Virus record (IMG/VR): IMGVR_UViG_3300042540_001399
Location: 186,001-250,000 of that record
Reading direction: 5' to 3' (one strand)
Length of the DNA stretch: 64,000 bases
A program made the position numbers and the translations under genes. Position 1 is the stretch's first letter. The number at the start of each line of letters is the position of its first letter. This document shows, in pieces, positions 62,062 through 64,000 of this stretch. The notes below the pieces were generated by a model. The model searched no databases and was not told the DNA's origin. It saw only the letters and a list, made by a program, of their open reading frames with translations.

Positions 62062-63378
62062 ATGGGAGGACTAAAACCTATTGGAAGCGAAAAATTAGGT
62101 GGTATGGATAAAATCCGCAGAATTATGGAAATTGCTAACTACAATCATCAACTACCTAATAATAATGTTGAATTGAAATCTACTGAATATAGACTAGGTT
62201 TAGCTGATGGTAATTCTTATGAAATTGTAAAAGAAAGACAAGGATATATCATTAAAAGAAATATTACTGAATCATATTCTGATTATATGGAACCTATGAA
62301 AAATAGAAGATATTATAGGTCATATTCTGAAGCTCTTAAGAAATTAAATTTGATGGCCAAGGAATTTAATGCTATTTATGAAAATGAAGAAGGTACGAAC
62401 TTATTTAGTGAACAAAAAAAGTTCAAATTAAAAGTTCCAAAACCTAAGTCAGATGTTGCTCCTGAAGCAGCACCAACATTACCTGAACCAGCGCCGGCAG
62501 AACCTGCTCCAGCAACACCCGCAACACCATCGGAACCGACAACTCCAAGTGCAGAAAGTCCTGAAGGTTCAACAGATGCGTCAATGGGACCTGAATCAGG
62601 TGGCGAATTAGATGATTTATTAGGTTCCACAGGTGATGAAGAGCCAACAGGTGATGAAGAACCAACAGGTGATGAAGAACCAACAGGTGATGAAAAAGAA
62701 TCTGGTGTATCTTTCAAATTAATTCAAAAACTTACAGGTAAACTATCACAAAAGATAAGAAAATATCTCAATAATGAAGAAATGGATTCTGATGATGTAA
62801 AATATGTTTTGAATTCAATTTTGTCCGCTTTAGATTTGTCTGTTTTAAATGATGAAGATGTTGAAGAAATAATTGATAGATTAGAAGGTGACGATGAAGA
62901 AGAAGGTGATGAAGATATGGGTGATGAAGATATGGGTGATGAAGGTGACGAGTCAACTGAACCTCCTGTTGAAAGTCCTGAACCACCTACAGGCGAAGAA
63001 GGTGAAGTGACAGAATATGGATATAGAAACAGAAATAGGATTAAAGTAGGACCTTTGGGTGTAAGAACAGAAAATATGTTTTCAGAATCCAAAGTGGATA
63101 GAATAATTGGAAATTATTTCAATGTTAGCGAAGAAGAAGAAAAAGAGTTAAAAATAAAAAAATCAATAAACGAAGAACTTATTAGAGAAAATGTTATGGT
63201 AAACGAAATGGAAATCAAAAGACTTTCATCAAGTATAGAACAACAAAGATCGGCTTTGAGGTTTTTGGAAAAAAACCCAAACGCAACTTTAATAGGGTCA
63301 ACTAACAAGAAAAATTTACTTTTCAAAGTAGGGTTAAAAGAACATAAGATTTCGGTTCACGGTAAAAGAATTTTATGA
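62062..63378 (+). CDS. acidic, Pro-rich low-complexity protein (candidate head scaffold/core)
   Basis: 438 aa; P/E/A-rich linkers and GDEE repeats. Confidence 0.7.
   Translation: MGGLKPIGSEKLGGMDKIRRIMEIANYNHQLPNNNVELKSTEYRLGLADGNSYEIVKERQGYIIKRNITESYSDYMEPMKNRRYYRSYSEALKKLNLMAKEFNAIYENEEGTNLFSEQKKFKLKVPKPKSDVAPEAAPTLPEPAPAEPAPATPATPSEPTTPSAESPEGSTDASMGPESGGELDDLLGSTGDEEPTGDEEPTGDEEPTGDEKESGVSFKLIQKLTGKLSQKIRKYLNNEEMDSDDVKYVLNSILSALDLSVLNDEDVEEIIDRLEGDDEEEGDEDMGDEDMGDEGDESTEPPVESPEPPTGEEGEVTEYGYRNRNRIKVGPLGVRTENMFSESKVDRIIGNYFNVSEEEEKELKIKKSINEELIRENVMVNEMEIKRLSSSIEQQRSALRFLEKNPNATLIGSTNKKNLLFKVGLKEHKISVHGKRIL
62632..62694 (+). repeat. 18-bp coding tandem repeat (GDEEPT x3.5)
   Basis: GGTGATGAAGA(G/A)CCAACA x3 plus partial copy. 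Confidence 0.9.
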
Positions 63379-63782
63379 ATTATTTAATTTACATAAATGG
63401 AATGGGGCCAAACTACAAAGGTGACAACATTTATGAATTTATTTTTTCTGACACCATAGAAGTATGGGGTGAAAATTGGGAATCAAAACCTGCAAATGGT
63501 TATCCTTCTCCCCCTGATTTTGAATATGTTAAAAAAGTTGGTACTCTCACCAATGGAGAAATTATATTAGAATTGGTTCAAGATTCTGATGTTTTTTCAA
63601 TGATAGACACGATGGACGGAGTTATATCGTTAGGTTGGGAAAAAGAAACTGAAGAAATTGATTTTTCTTTAATAAAAAGATTAGTTTTCAAATTTGGGGA
63701 AACTGAACAAGAAGTAAAAGATAAACTATATGAACGTGACATCGTTCTTGAATTTGATAAAAAAGTAGTCTATGAGAACTAA
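63375..63782 (+). CDS. hypothetical protein
   Basis: 135-aa ORF overlapping upstream stop. Confidence 0.7.
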   Translation: MNYLIYINGMGPNYKGDNIYEFIFSDTIEVWGENWESKPANGYPSPPDFEYVKKVGTLTNGEIILELVQDSDVFSMIDTMDGVISLGWEKETEEIDFSLIKRLVFKFGETEQEVKDKLYERDIVLEFDKKVVYEN

Positions 63783-64000
63783 AAATCACATTTTAACGTT
63801 ACTTGAAAGTGGGTTATCATTTAGTACTATCAGTACTATGAACGATAAACAAATCAAAGTTTTATCTGAAAAATTTTCCAAAAAAAATGAAACCAAAGAA
63901 GCTCAAGACATACAAACTAAAATTAGAAGATTTAGTGCTTCCGAAGTTTCCAACGCAAAAACTAAAGGTGAATCATTACCTGGAGGTAGAGCATTCAAAT
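63772..64000 (+). CDS. partial ORF running off the window
   Basis: MRTKNHILTLLESG... open to position 64000. Confidence 0.6.
   Translation, partial: MRTKNHILTLLESGLSFSTISTMNDKQIKVLSEKFSKKNETKEAQDIQTKIRRFSASEVSNAKTKGESLPGGRAFK

Noticed and set aside
62632-62943. Short direct repeats as a CRISPR array
   Set aside because: They are in-frame GDEEPT/GDEDM coding repeats without spacers; no CRISPR array seen in the window.
1-64000. Antisense ORFs nested in long genes (e.g. 2586, 5198, 27281, 29613, 48667, 52118, 62376, 62724)
   Set aside because: They are shadow frames opposite well-supported genes.
1-64000. Mobile elements, integrase, reverse transcriptase/DGR or inteins
   Set aside because: No transposase, recombinase, RT or intein motifs recognised, and no template/variable repeat pair noticed.

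Overview
AT-rich window of a large tailed (jumbo-type) phage genome using the standard genetic code, most likely infecting Bacteroidota. Host evidence: TAnnTTTG -7 promoters, a T9SS type-B cargo adhesin and a Bacteroidota-style tmRNA resume codon. Most genes are on the + strand. Many carry a shared N-terminal (I/L)-x-E leader and an upstream ATATTTAT motif. Recognisable genes: M23, NlpC/P60, GH19 and lysozyme-like wall hydrolases, FKBP, guaC, acyl-CoA thioesterase, glycosyltransferases, two histidine kinases plus a receiver protein next to the lysis genes, a DenV-like glycosylase, an M28 peptidase, an N-domain-less ClpC, UVR and KTSC proteins and a nucleotidyltransferase. RNA genes: 26 tRNAs covering all 20 amino acids, three further tRNA-like RNAs with novel bodies, several unexplained structured RNAs, a ~0.9 kb GOLLD-like RNA and a tmRNA with an unusual tag. 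Main discovery: the tRNAs form two arrays, each preceded by a short leader ORF, an overlapping antiterminator strand and an intrinsic terminator. Leader 1 (35733-35840) contains codons for all 18 isoacceptors of array 1 and none for the tRNAs unique to array 2. Leader 2 (39378-39446) is enriched for exactly those array-2 codons (UUR Leu, AUA Ile, Gly, Asp, Ala, Glu). This looks like a codon-matched, ribosome-stalling attenuation system that switches on phage tRNA arrays when the matching host tRNAs fail. All structures were folded by eye and no database searches were run.
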